Assembly: GCA_030145325.1 (NCBI GenBank) | Contig: JAQYVW010000009.1 | Location: forward strand, 473-64,472 | DNA: 64,000 nucleotides | Reading direction: 5' to 3' | DNA from: Desulfurivibrionaceae bacterium | GTDB lineage: Bacteria > Desulfobacterota > Desulfobulbia > Desulfobulbales > UBA5123 | Shown: positions 20,583-30,578 of the stretch, piece by piece | How positions within the stretch are numbered: the first letter of the stretch is position 1 | Layout of the letters: the number at the start of each line of letters is the position of its first letter | Notes under the pieces: model-generated | The model's database searches: none | The model's input: only the letters and a program-made list of their open reading frames with translations | What the model was told of the DNA's origin: nothing | Made by a program: the position numbers and the translations under genes

Positions 20583-22805
20583 TCAACGCAGAGTACCAAG
20601 GTAATTAAAGGTGGAGGGGCGCTGCCGGAGAGGTTTCCCGCCCTTACCTGCCGCCAAACCGGCAAGCTGTTCCAAATCCCCCTTCCGCAAACGCAGCAAG
20701 GAAACATCAACCACCCCGTAACGAATCCCCATCCCGGCCAACTCACTCTGCTTGCCCAACAAAGAAAAAACCTGATCGGCTACCGCCACGGTCTGCCCCC
20801 AGGCCTCCTTGAGCATAAATCCCTCCCCTTTGGGGCTAAGAAAAGGTCGATCATACTGGAAATGTCCCGCCTTGAGCCGGGCAATGAACAGTGGGATGGC
20901 CCCATAAATGGTCAACCCCGTTTCCACTCCCTTAGCGCCAGCAACCAGAGCAGCCAGATTGTCATGATCACTCTCAATGGAGCATTGCGCCTTACCGATG
21001 CCAAGCTCAGTAACACAACGTAAGGCCAGGGAGTTGAGAATATTGAGGGTATAATCGCCGTTGATGGACAAACGACGGCGACGCGGTGGCCGCTTTTTCT
21101 TCTTCCCCTTACTGACCCGCCGCACCGGCTCGCTCTGTAACAAACTCAACTGGCCAATGTGCCCAACCTGCCACTCAACAAAGCCACTGCGGGTCAACTC
21201 AGCAATGGTACGTCGATAAAAAGAGAGATCTTTTTCAAGAATAATTGGCGGCAAGGCCCAGACCAAGCGGCCCAAGACATCCTCCAAGCGGCGGCGTTGG
21301 TGCTTAAATTGACTCAATGATTCCGGGGTCAAGGTCACCACGATTCGCTCTGGAGATGCAGGCAAATGCTTCCGTAACAAGCTGAAATCACCGACCTTCA
21401 ACCACCACCGCAACACCCGGGCACCCTTGCCAACTGCCAGCGCTGCTGGCGGCGACTCAATTTCACCGGCTAACGAAGCAAATCCTTCGGCGCGCAAAGA
21501 GTCCAGCACCAAATGCATTTTTTTACGGATAGCCGGATCATCCGCCTCCTTGCGGAACAACTCCGGCCTCACCTGGTCATCCTTCATCCCCTCTGCTCGC
21601 CGCTCACAGCTATCCACCTTGTACAAACTATCGCCGGGAGTGGCGTTTTCCGGCAGCTCAATGGTAACTCCGGCCCCCACGGCGGCCTGATCAATCTCCC
21701 CCCCCTCACTGCGCATCTCCTTCAGGGTAAAAGCCAATCGTTCCCCACTCTTCTCCTGATGCAGTCGCAAGCGGTCACCACCACGAAGGGGTTCTTTCAA
21801 GACCAAGCGGGCCGACTTGCCACGGCTGGACTCAATGCGGCCAAGGAATAGGCCGATATTGCCGGAATGCTGCGGTGAGATAGCGTCCACCGGCTGGGGA
21901 GTAGTAAAATAACCACTGGTGGAACGCCGCCCCATGGCCTCACGCAATCTTTCATGGGCAACAGCCAAGGTTTTACGATCACCGGGCTGGGCATCAATGG
22001 CCAGCCGATAAGCGGCAGTCACCGCCCCCACATAACTGGCGCTGCGCATCCGCCCCTCGATTTTAAGGGAAGTCACCCCGGCCTCACGAAGTTGCGGGAT
22101 AAGATCGATTCCAGCCAGATCATTCATGGAAAACAGGTAGCCGGACTGGGCACCGCCTTTCCCCTTGCCACTCCAAGTATAACGACGTCGACAAGGTTGC
22201 ACACAGCGACCACGCAGGCCACTTTTCCCACCTTGGTAGCTACTGAACAGACACAACCCCGAATAACTAAAGCAGAGGGCGCCATGGATAAAAACTTCCA
22301 ACTCCACCTTGTTCTGCTGGTGGATATAGGCTATCTCCGGGAGGGTCATTTCTCGAGATAACACCACCCGCTGAAAGCCCATTTTGCTAAACTGCCGCAC
22401 CGCCACAGAATTATGCCCGGCCAACAGGGTACTGGCATGCAAGCGCAGGTTTGGGAAATATTTTCGGGCCAACCGATACAGTCCCAAATCTTGAAGGATT
22501 AAAGCGTCCACCCCCAGATGCTCCAAAGCGGCCAGGGTATGAGTGGCAGTGGGGATATCCTCTTCCTTCATCAGGCTGTTCATGGCCACATAGACCTTAA
22601 CCCCATGGCGGTGGGCATAGTCAACCATGGCCGCGATCTCAGCCATGACAAAATGCTTGGCCAGGGCGCGGGCATTGAGGGTCGGAGCGCCGATATAGAT
22701 AGCATCCGCCCCTGCCGCCACCGCAGCCTCAAAGGCTTCGAGAGTTCCGGCCGGAGCCAGCAATTCAAGGGGTTGATTGCTCTTTTCCGTTACCAAGGTC
22801 TTCAT
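20583..22805 (-). CDS. U32-family peptidase-like protein (long form)
   Basis: It has an N-terminal U32 TIM-barrel signature (LELLAPAG..E...AAV.AGADAIYIG; E.F.HGALC.SYSG.C) plus a long C-terminal extension. Confidence 0.8.
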   Translation of the reverse strand: MKTLVTEKSNQPLELLAPAGTLEAFEAAVAAGADAIYIGAPTLNARALAKHFVMAEIAAMVDYAHRHGVKVYVAMNSLMKEEDIPTATHTLAALEHLGVDALILQDLGLYRLARKYFPNLRLHASTLLAGHNSVAVRQFSKMGFQRVVLSREMTLPEIAYIHQQNKVELEVFIHGALCFSYSGLCLFSSYQGGKSGLRGRCVQPCRRRYTWSGKGKGGAQSGYLFSMNDLAGIDLIPQLREAGVTSLKIEGRMRSASYVGAVTAAYRLAIDAQPGDRKTLAVAHERLREAMGRRSTSGYFTTPQPVDAISPQHSGNIGLFLGRIESSRGKSARLVLKEPLRGGDRLRLHQEKSGERLAFTLKEMRSEGGEIDQAAVGAGVTIELPENATPGDSLYKVDSCERRAEGMKDDQVRPELFRKEADDPAIRKKMHLVLDSLRAEGFASLAGEIESPPAALAVGKGARVLRWWLKVGDFSLLRKHLPASPERIVVTLTPESLSQFKHQRRRLEDVLGRLVWALPPIILEKDLSFYRRTIAELTRSGFVEWQVGHIGQLSLLQSEPVRRVSKGKKKKRPPRRRRLSINGDYTLNILNSLALRCVTELGIGKAQCSIESDHDNLAALVAGAKGVETGLTIYGAIPLFIARLKAGHFQYDRPFLSPKGEGFMLKEAWGQTVAVADQVFSLLGKQSELAGMGIRYGVVDVSLLRLRKGDLEQLAGLAAGKGGKPLRQRPSTFNYLGTLR

Positions 22806-22937
22806 GCAGCTATTCTCCCCTAACGGGTATCTTTAAATTGATGGACTTGAAAAAAGTCCGATGAAAAACAGTACATGATCAGAAAAAAACCTTTCTCGAC
22901 CAAAATTCTTCCGCCCCCACCCCGCGCCGGGATTGGC

Positions 22938-23135
22938 GAGAAATAAGGTAACTATTCACAGGGTGGCGACCTTATTTCCTTGATACCCCGGAACTGTAAC
23001 TGTTTACAGGGTGCCGGAGATGCAGATAGCGAGCCTGCGAGACCTTCGAGGCATCGTCCTGTAAACTATACATCGGTATGTGAGCAGGGCGCTAACGCAG
23101 CAAATTCGGTACCCTGTGAGCAGTTACGAAATAAG
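22938..23135 (+). repeat. Family-A intergenic inverted-repeat element, copy 1 (core stem 22996-23016 / 23107-23127)
   Basis: GTAACTGTTTACAGGGTGCCG pairs with CGGTACCCTGTGAGCAGTTAC in a 21-bp stem that includes G-T pairs. It is preceded by a second partial left arm and a GAAATAAGG/CCTTATTTC hairpin. The same arms recur near 36.8 kb and 39.7 kb. Confidence 0.75.
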
Positions 23136-23140
23136 AACAA

Positions 23141-24547
23141 CTACGGCAACTGAGGTGGCCCCACCACCACCGCCAAGGCCAACTCCTTTGCTGGTAGCGG
23201 CAGAACAAAATAGAAGTTATTGCCCTCGGCGGTGGCTTCATAACCAACCACCCCACCATGGATATCAATCACCTGTTTGACAAAGGTCAGGCCATGACCA
23301 CTGCCAGGCTGATCCTTAAACTGCTCACCCCGAAACCCTTCGCTGAAAACGCTGGCCGCTTCTTCATGGCCCAAATGAGGGCCGGTGGTAAAAACATTGA
23401 GTTTGATCCCGTGCCGACCCGGCCCGAAAAAATCAGCGACAAATTCACGGCCATAGGTCATCGCCTTCCGCGACTTACCGCGATGATCGGTAATCTCCTC
23501 AACATATTTCAGGGCGTTAGAGAAAAAATTGGCATAAACCTGCGACAAGAGCCCCACATCAACAACCAGCAGCAGCTCTTCTCCACCCATGTCAACAGGA
23601 GTTTCGACAACAATCCCCCGATCCACAAAACGACTGGCGAAATGATCCAGTTGGGGAGCAATAATCTCCTCTTCCACCTTGCAGTAGCGGGGACGAAGGA
23701 CAAGATGGCCCTGCACAAAATGATCACGCCGGAACAAACTTTCAAGAAATAGACTGGTGGTGGAATGATGCTCCTGCAACTGGTGGTGTTGTTTGATCAG
23801 CTGCTGATGGAGATGACCGACTCGCTGGCCAATGTCGGCCCAATCTTTGTTCGGCCCCGATGACTTTTCTTTGAGCTCAATCATCGCCACCTCGATCCCG
23901 GCGATCTCGGCAACGCTCTTCTTGAGATCATTGAAGAGATGGCGGAAATACATGTTGGGGACAATGACATTATGCTCGATGTCCATCACCAGGCCGTTGA
24001 TGAACTTGAGATGACTTATATTTTGCTGCGCCAACAAACGACTCTGAAGATTAACCGCGATCCGGTTGACGTACTTGCCTAGAAATTGAACCTCCATATC
24101 TGCAAGGCTGCTGGCGCCACCCACCACCAAAAGACCCAAGATGCCTTCGCCAGCAGAAGAGTCCTGATCCAGGCCGACATTTCCCTGGCGACAAATGGGC
24201 AGCACGTAACTGCCGTTTGCTTCGTAAGTATCCACGGAGGGATGCAAAAGCGCTGAGGCCGAAACCGACTCCACCACACCCTCCCCGGCCTCACTGGCCA
24301 GATGAAAAGAAACGGTGTCCTCGGCAAAAAGATACAAGGCACAGGCAAGCCCCAGAAACTCTTTAGGCGCCACCACGCAAAGACCGTAAAAGTCCTCTAA
24401 GGAATCAAGATCTTGTGCCAGATCGGAAAAAACCCGCAACAGGGTATTCTGCTCGCAACTAAAATTATAGCGGCGGTAATCAATTTCCTTACCTTTGATC
24501 AGCTCACGAATCCTTTGCAGATCGGCACAACCGGCATCGTCTGCCAT
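23141..24547 (-). CDS. Cytoplasmic sensor kinase-like protein (GAF-like N-terminus, HATPase_c C-terminus)
   Basis: The C-terminus has an N-box (FFSNALKY) and a G-box (GSGHGLTFVKQVIDIHGG). I cannot identify the phospho-acceptor His region with confidence. Confidence 0.65.
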   Translation of the reverse strand: MADDAGCADLQRIRELIKGKEIDYRRYNFSCEQNTLLRVFSDLAQDLDSLEDFYGLCVVAPKEFLGLACALYLFAEDTVSFHLASEAGEGVVESVSASALLHPSVDTYEANGSYVLPICRQGNVGLDQDSSAGEGILGLLVVGGASSLADMEVQFLGKYVNRIAVNLQSRLLAQQNISHLKFINGLVMDIEHNVIVPNMYFRHLFNDLKKSVAEIAGIEVAMIELKEKSSGPNKDWADIGQRVGHLHQQLIKQHHQLQEHHSTTSLFLESLFRRDHFVQGHLVLRPRYCKVEEEIIAPQLDHFASRFVDRGIVVETPVDMGGEELLLVVDVGLLSQVYANFFSNALKYVEEITDHRGKSRKAMTYGREFVADFFGPGRHGIKLNVFTTGPHLGHEEAASVFSEGFRGEQFKDQPGSGHGLTFVKQVIDIHGGVVGYEATAEGNNFYFVLPLPAKELALAVVVGPPQLP

Positions 24548-24565
24548 GGAAGATCCCTCGCTTGT

Positions 24566-25159
24566 TCAGGAACGGCTCTCCAGAACAACCTCATCAACAA
24601 CTTCACCGGCAGCGGAGCTTTCCCGCAACAAGACATGGACATGCTCATTATCGAGAACGCTGAGTTCCAAACCGGCATAATCCGGCTGAATGGGCAACTC
24701 CCTACCCCCCCGGTCAACCAAAACCGCCAACTGCATGGAGAGGGGTCGACCGAAATCCATAATCGCGTCCATGGCGGCGCGAATGGTGCGCCCAGTGAAG
24801 ATAACGTCATCAACAAGAATCAGATTCTGCTCACCCACCGCAAAAGAAATATCGGTGGTCTTGACAATGGGGTTCTGGGCCACAAGACTCCAATCATCAC
24901 GGTAGAGAGTGATGTCCAGGGTTCCAGAGTCAACCTTTTGCCCCTCTCGTTCCTCGATGATGGTGCGAATCCGGTCAGCGAGGTAAACGCCACCGGTATG
25001 AATGCCAACGATGGCCAGATTGTCAACTCCATGATTACGCTCCACGATCTGGAGAGCGATTCGATCCAGGGAACGAGCAATATCCTCCGGCGACATGAGC
25101 TGATTGCGATATGATGGCACGGTTGTTTCTCCCTTGCTCAGCCTACGAGCTTTACACAT
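24566..25159 (-). CDS. pyrR: Bifunctional pyrimidine regulator / uracil phosphoribosyltransferase
   Basis: It has the PRTase motif (ILVDDVIFTGRTIRAA) and PyrR-like length and N-terminus (I.RSLDRIALQIVE.N). The real start is probably downstream of the ORF-track Met. Confidence 0.85.
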   Translation of the reverse strand: MCKARRLSKGETTVPSYRNQLMSPEDIARSLDRIALQIVERNHGVDNLAIVGIHTGGVYLADRIRTIIEEREGQKVDSGTLDITLYRDDWSLVAQNPIVKTTDISFAVGEQNLILVDDVIFTGRTIRAAMDAIMDFGRPLSMQLAVLVDRGGRELPIQPDYAGLELSVLDNEHVHVLLRESSAAGEVVDEVVLESRS

Positions 25160-25211
25160 TTTCCCCGGTTGGCTTTCCTTGCCCCCCTAAGGATCTCACA
25201 ACAAACGCCAA

Positions 25212-25784
25212 TTATCCGGCGGGCCAGAAAGCATCCACTCCCTTGGCCGCCACCAAATTGATCGCCTCAGGAAACGCCTCGCATTCCGCCGCAAAAACCT
25301 TCGCGGCAATATCATCGGGGCTGTCATCCTCAGCAACCGGCACACATCTTTGCACCACAATGGGACCTTCGTCATACACCTCATTGGCAAAATGAACCGA
25401 ACACCCGCTCACCTTGACCCCACGCGCCTTCACCGCCCGATGCACCCGCATCCCGTAATATCCTGGTCCGCAGAAGGCAGGAATCAGGGACGGGTGGATA
25501 TTGAGCACCGCCTTCTGCAACCTTGCTGGCGGCGCATAAAGCTTCAGGTATCCAGCCAAACAGACAAGTTCCACATCATAATCACGCAGAATGGCATTAA
25601 TGGCGTCATTATCCACAGCATGAAAAGCCGGATAACCGTATTTTTGCGCTTTTTCAAGGCCCAAAGCGTCGGCAGCATTGGAAATCACCACCTGAATGGA
25701 GGCGTTCAAGGTGCCAGCTTCCATGCGCTCATGAAAGTTGTCCAAGGTTCGACCGGAGCCAGAGAGAAGAACTGCCATCTTCAT
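25212..25784 (-). CDS. purN: Phosphoribosylglycinamide formyltransferase
   Basis: It carries LLSGSGRTL, LAGY..., NIHPSLIPAF.G and CSVHF..E.YDEGPI motifs. Confidence 0.9.
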   Translation of the reverse strand: MKMAVLLSGSGRTLDNFHERMEAGTLNASIQVVISNAADALGLEKAQKYGYPAFHAVDNDAINAILRDYDVELVCLAGYLKLYAPPARLQKAVLNIHPSLIPAFCGPGYYGMRVHRAVKARGVKVSGCSVHFANEVYDEGPIVVQRCVPVAEDDSPDDIAAKVFAAECEAFPEAINLVAAKGVDAFWPAG

Positions 25785-25795
25785 AGCAAGACCCC

Positions 25796-26410
25796 TTATT
25801 TGAAATAATCGTTACTGGCAACATCCACCTTGCCTAGCCAGGCGGCGATGGCGGTGTCATACTTGCTGGTGAGTTCGAAAACCTTGACACAGAGCTTGAA
25901 ACGGGTGGCCAGGGTGGTGTTTCCAGTTTCCTTAATCTCGGCTAAAACTTGCGGATAATCAGCCGGATCGACGATGACCGTGACATCATGAAAGTTCTTG
26001 GCCGCCGCCCTCAGCATGGTGGGGCCGCCGATATCGATGTTTTCGATGGCATCACCTAAGGTGCAGCTGGCATCGGCAGTGGCCTTATCAAAAGCGTAGA
26101 GATTAACCGCAATAATATCGATGGGCTGCAAACCATGCTGGGCCATCTGCTCTTGATGATCCTTGTTTTCACGCTGGGCAAGGATGCCGCCATGAACCTT
26201 GGGATGCAGGGTTTTCACCCGTCCATCCAACATCTCGGGAAAACCGGTGAACTGGGAAACATCGGTGACCTTAACGCCATGATCACGAAGTTTCTTGGCG
26301 GTGCCGCCGGTGGAAAGGATATCAATACCCAAGGCCTCAAGTTCCTTGGCAAAACCCTCAATGCCGGATTTATCGGTGAGACTGATCAACGCCCTGGTCA
26401 CTTTCTTCAT
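25796..26410 (-). CDS. Stand-alone IMP cyclohydrolase (PurH N-terminal MGS-like domain only)
   Basis: The 204-aa ORF ([11 protein letters not shown]...STGGTAK.L...[25 protein letters not shown]) matches the IMPCH half of PurH. The ORF ends where the AICAR transformylase half would begin. Confidence 0.8.
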   Translation of the reverse strand: MKKVTRALISLTDKSGIEGFAKELEALGIDILSTGGTAKKLRDHGVKVTDVSQFTGFPEMLDGRVKTLHPKVHGGILAQRENKDHQEQMAQHGLQPIDIIAVNLYAFDKATADASCTLGDAIENIDIGGPTMLRAAAKNFHDVTVIVDPADYPQVLAEIKETGNTTLATRFKLCVKVFELTSKYDTAIAAWLGKVDVASNDYFK

Positions 26411-26563
26411 GCTTCTTACTCCTTTTGCAATTTCCGGGGCCGCAAGTTACGACCCCAACTTAATAGAGTCCTCGGAGAGGATAAACATTCATATTATTAT
26501 CGTAAGTCGCCAATAAATTCGCTACAGAGATCTAGTCGGCAACCAGTTTGCGTAAGCTTTTAG

Positions 26564-26983
26564 CTAATCATCCTTGCGGGTAAAGCTGCGGATCAAACGC
26601 CGATCACGCTTTGACGGCCTGCCCTCAGGGGCGCTGCGCTGGGCCGCCAACAACCGCCGCTCTTCGCGATTTGCTTCCCGCGCCGCCATACTGGCCTCGG
26701 TCTCTTCATAAAGTTTTTGGGCCTGCACCGCCGGGCCACGCTTATCGGCAAGGGCCAATACCTGGACGACATACTCAACTTCACCGCGCTGAATACGCAA
26801 GCTATCACCCATCGCCACTATCTTCGATGCCTTGACCCGACCGCCATTAATATGCACCTTACCGCCAGCAACAGCCTGAGAAGAGAGGCTTCTGGTTTTA
26901 AAAAACCGTGCTGCCCACAACCATTTATCAATCCTAACCCCATCTGCCACCGCCAAACCTTTACTCCTTTCAGGGTGCGCCAT
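26564..26983 (-). CDS. hslR: Ribosome-associated heat shock protein Hsp15 (S4 RNA-binding domain)
   Basis: It has RIDKWLWAARFFKTRS....V.GGKV..NG and a basic C-terminal tail. Confidence 0.8.
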   Translation of the reverse strand: MAHPERSKGLAVADGVRIDKWLWAARFFKTRSLSSQAVAGGKVHINGGRVKASKIVAMGDSLRIQRGEVEYVVQVLALADKRGPAVQAQKLYEETEASMAAREANREERRLLAAQRSAPEGRPSKRDRRLIRSFTRKDD

Positions 26984-27236
26984 TAGTCATCCATGACCAT
27001 TACTCCCGGCCAATCCTTGACCGCCTCCGAAACTACCATACTTATACACTATCAGCCATCATCGATCACCGCTTTTGCCAAAAACCACCGTTCAATTTGC
27101 ATGAAGATACTCCCCGCCAATTTACCACTGCGGTCAGCAGTAGACACCATCAACAGGCGGGGCAAAGCAACCAGGCAGCCCATGAGCCCAGAAACAGCTT
27201 GGCGCATGGCAAAAAAAACGGTAAAAAGGGCGCACT

Positions 27237-27974
27237 ATGAAGCTTAAAACCATCGGCATTAAAAACATCCGCTACCCCATCAAGGTTCGCGAAAAAGACG
27301 GCGACCTGCAAGAGACCGTGGCCAGCATCAGCCTTCGGGTCTCCATGCCGCGTCAGTACCGGGGCTCTTGCGTCTCTACCTTTCTGACAGTGCTAAACAA
27401 GCATCAGGATGCCTTAAGCGCCGAGATTTTCCCCGACCTTCTGGCCGAGATCCAAGAAGAGTTACAAGCCGAATCGGCCCACATGGAGATGACCTTCCCC
27501 TATTTCATCGAAAAAACCGCGCCGGTTTCCGGCACCACCAGCTTGATGGAATACACCTGCCGTTTCACCGGCGGCATCGGCAAGGACGAAGACTTTATCC
27601 TCTCCACCTGGGTGCCCACCACCACTCTTTGTCCCTGCTCCAAAGAGATCAGCGACTTCGGCGCCCACAATCAACGAGCCGAAATCAACCTCAACGTCAA
27701 ATGCAAAGGTTTTGTCTGGGTGGAAGATCTGATTAAAATGATCGAAGCCAGTGCTTCCTGCGAAGTTTTTGCCCTGCTCAAACGGCCGGACGAAAAATAT
27801 GTCACCGAGACGGCCTACCAGAACCCGATGTTTGTGGAAGATGCCGCCAGAAGAGTGGCAGAGACCGTTAACCGTCATGACGATATCTATTGGTTCTCAG
27901 TGAGTGTCGAAAGCTTTGAATCCATTCACAAACACAGCGCTTACGCCTATATTGACAGCGACGAAATGCACTGA
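27237..27974 (+). CDS. folE2: GTP cyclohydrolase I type 2 (FolE2/MptA family)
   Basis: It has the CPCSKEIS.FGAHNQR motif and family-typical length. Confidence 0.8.
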   Translation: MKLKTIGIKNIRYPIKVREKDGDLQETVASISLRVSMPRQYRGSCVSTFLTVLNKHQDALSAEIFPDLLAEIQEELQAESAHMEMTFPYFIEKTAPVSGTTSLMEYTCRFTGGIGKDEDFILSTWVPTTTLCPCSKEISDFGAHNQRAEINLNVKCKGFVWVEDLIKMIEASASCEVFALLKRPDEKYVTETAYQNPMFVEDAARRVAETVNRHDDIYWFSVSVESFESIHKHSAYAYIDSDEMH

Positions 27975-28232
27975 GAGAGATAAGCCCCCCCTTAAAATTA
28001 TACTCAGCTCAGATTTGCAACCAAATCCAGCCCCACCGCTGTTTTCACACCCCACTTGACCTTCCCTACCCCCTTGCCCTCAACCCCACCGCGACTTGAC
28101 AATTCAGCAGCCGATCATTGATACTTTGATATCTACTCTATGATATGAGTAGTTACGAAATAACACCACCCCGACCATGGGATCCCGCCTTCGGGATCAA
28201 AGGCAACGAGCCAGCAACCGGGAGAGTGCATT

Positions 28233-30578
28233 TTGAGCGACACAAACCGTATCTATACCCTACCGGTTCTCCCCCTTAAGAATGCGGTGGTGTTTCCCTA
28301 CGTGGCAATGCCGATCTCGGTGGGAAGGCCCCAATCAATGGCCGCCTTGGAAGAAGCTCTGGCCGGACAAACGCAAACCGTACTGGTTTTAGCCCAGAAA
28401 AATACGTCAACAGAAAGCCCTACCCCCGCCGACCTATATTCCATCGGCACCATCGCGCAGATAAAACTTATCAGCCACATTGAGGCAATGATCCAGATTA
28501 TCCTCCAGGGGATAGAACGGGTAATCGTCACCAACTTCAGCCCCCCCCACCCTTATCTGGAAGCACAGGTAAAACCGCTGCCACTCCCCCATGGGGAAAG
28601 TATCGAGCAGGAAGCCCTGCAAAGGGAGGTGATAAATCTTACCGATAAATACTTTTCCCTTGCCCATCCGGAAGTACATCTAAATTTCCCCCCCGTCATT
28701 AACACCGGGGAAGACATCATGCAGCTCCTTTATCCTCTCGGCCAGTTGCTGCCCCTGGACACAGCCAATGCTCAGGCTCTGCTTGAATCAAAAGACCTCT
28801 TCACCACCCTGCATTTTTTGCGCGATTCCCTTCTCCACGAAATTCAGATCCACGAATTACGTCACCAGATTGCCGACCAGGCTGACAAAAAAATAAACCA
28901 CGAACAACGTGACTACATCCTGCGCCAGCAGATGCATGCCATCAAACAAGAACTTGGCGACAAAAATCCTAATGATACCGATATTGAAGAGCTTCGCAAA
29001 CAACTGGCAGAAGCCGGTTTACCCGATGAGGTACTGAAAGAGGCGGAAAGAGAACTGAAAAGACTGGAACAGATTCCCATGGCCGCCCCCGACTATCAGG
29101 TCACCCGAACCCATCTCGAGTTGATAAGCGAGTTACCCTGGCAACAGACAACCACCGACAACCTGAACCTTGACAACGCCCGACAGGTTCTCGACGACGA
29201 CCATTACGGCCTGCAGAAGATCAAGGAACGAATCATCGAACAACTGGCAGTAATGACTTTGAATCCAGACGCCAAGGCCCCCATCCTCTGCTTTGTCGGC
29301 CCGCCGGGGGTGGGCAAAACCTCGCTGGGACAATCCATCAGTCGCGCCTTAGGAAGAAAGTTTGAGCGATTCAGCCTGGGCGGCATGCATGACGAAGCAG
29401 AATTACGTGGACATCGCCGCACCTATATCGGCGCCATGCCTGGCCGGATTATCCAAGCCGTCCGCAGAACAGGGGTAAATAATCCACTGCTGATGCTGGA
29501 CGAGGTGGACAAACTCGGCCATGACTTCCGCGGTGACCCAGCAGCCGCGCTGATGGAAATTCTCGATCCCGCTCAGAACTTTGCTTTCCGCGACAACTAC
29601 CTTGACCTACCCTTTGACCTCTCCAAGGTTTTTTTCATTACCACCGCCAATGCCACTGACACAGTGCCGAAACCCCTTCTCGACCGCATGGAAATGCTGC
29701 CCCTCTCCGGCTACAGCGGTGAGGAAAAAATGGTCATTGCCCGCCGTTATCTGCTCCCTCGGCAGCGGCATGAAGCCGGGCTTAACGAAAACCAATTCAT
29801 GGTTCCGGACGAAACCCTTCTCTCCGTTATCCGCTATTACACCCGCGAAGCCGGGGTTCGAGAACTGGAACGAATGCTGGGAAAACTGGCCCGGAAGGTT
29901 GCCGTCCGTGTCGCCGAGGGCAACACAAACCCGGTAACCGTGACCCCGCCTGATCTTGCCGAAATGGTTGGCCCAGAACGATTCTTCGCTGAAAAAAGAC
30001 GCAAAGAGCTGCCCGCCGGGGTGGCCACCGGTCTCGCCTGGACAGATACTGGCGGTGATGTCCTTTATATCGAGGCCATCGCCTTGCCCGACGGTGAAAA
30101 ACTAACCATCACCGGCCACCTTGGTGAAGTAATGAAAGAATCAGCCATGGCTGCCAACAGTTATGTCACCGCCCATGTCCAGGACTTAGGCATCACTCTC
30201 CCCCTCCCACAGGCAATCCATATCCATGTCCCGGCCGGCGCCATCCCCAAGGACGGCCCTTCGGCCGGATCCACCATCGCCGCAGCCCTGACTTCACTCT
30301 ATACCCATCGCCCAACCCGAAGCGATACCGCCATGACCGGCGAGATAACCCTCAGCGGCCTGGTTCTGCCGGTGGGCGGGGTCAAAGAAAAGGTTCTCGC
30401 CGCCAGACGCGCCGGGATCAAGAGAATCATCCTCCCTGAAGAAAACAAAAACGATCTCCGCGACCTGCCTTCCCACGTCCGGGAAGAGATGGAGTTCATC
30501 ATGGTTCAGCGCATTGAAGATGTCTTACTGGCAGCCATTATCGCCCCGCCAGAGCTTCACAAGGAATGCCCATGCTAA
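28233..30578 (+). CDS. lon: ATP-dependent Lon protease
   Basis: It has a LON N-domain, an AAA+ Walker A (GPPGVGKTS) and a proteolytic Ser-Lys domain (PKDGPSAG..., ...[17 protein letters not shown]). It appears to use a TTG start. Confidence 0.95.
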   Translation: MSDTNRIYTLPVLPLKNAVVFPYVAMPISVGRPQSMAALEEALAGQTQTVLVLAQKNTSTESPTPADLYSIGTIAQIKLISHIEAMIQIILQGIERVIVTNFSPPHPYLEAQVKPLPLPHGESIEQEALQREVINLTDKYFSLAHPEVHLNFPPVINTGEDIMQLLYPLGQLLPLDTANAQALLESKDLFTTLHFLRDSLLHEIQIHELRHQIADQADKKINHEQRDYILRQQMHAIKQELGDKNPNDTDIEELRKQLAEAGLPDEVLKEAERELKRLEQIPMAAPDYQVTRTHLELISELPWQQTTTDNLNLDNARQVLDDDHYGLQKIKERIIEQLAVMTLNPDAKAPILCFVGPPGVGKTSLGQSISRALGRKFERFSLGGMHDEAELRGHRRTYIGAMPGRIIQAVRRTGVNNPLLMLDEVDKLGHDFRGDPAAALMEILDPAQNFAFRDNYLDLPFDLSKVFFITTANATDTVPKPLLDRMEMLPLSGYSGEEKMVIARRYLLPRQRHEAGLNENQFMVPDETLLSVIRYYTREAGVRELERMLGKLARKVAVRVAEGNTNPVTVTPPDLAEMVGPERFFAEKRRKELPAGVATGLAWTDTGGDVLYIEAIALPDGEKLTITGHLGEVMKESAMAANSYVTAHVQDLGITLPLPQAIHIHVPAGAIPKDGPSAGSTIAAALTSLYTHRPTRSDTAMTGEITLSGLVLPVGGVKEKVLAARRAGIKRIILPEENKNDLRDLPSHVREEMEFIMVQRIEDVLLAAIIAPPELHKECPC

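Noticed and set aside
24413-25114. 233-aa + strand ORF overlapping pyrR and the 5' end of the sensor kinase gene
   Set aside because: It is antisense to two well-supported genes and has no family features.
28040-28120. Possible sigma-32 or sigma-70 promoter for lon (CTTGACC...CCCCTTG, and TTGACA at about 28097)
   Set aside because: The spacing and -10 elements do not fit either consensus well enough by eye, so I leave them unannotated.
28147-28164. Short matches to the family-A right end: GAGTAGTTACGAAATAAC upstream of lon, and TTATTTACGAAATAAAC at about 42655-42672
   Set aside because: Only 11-18 nt match and no partner arm is present. They could be remnants but are too short to separate from chance without a genome-wide model.
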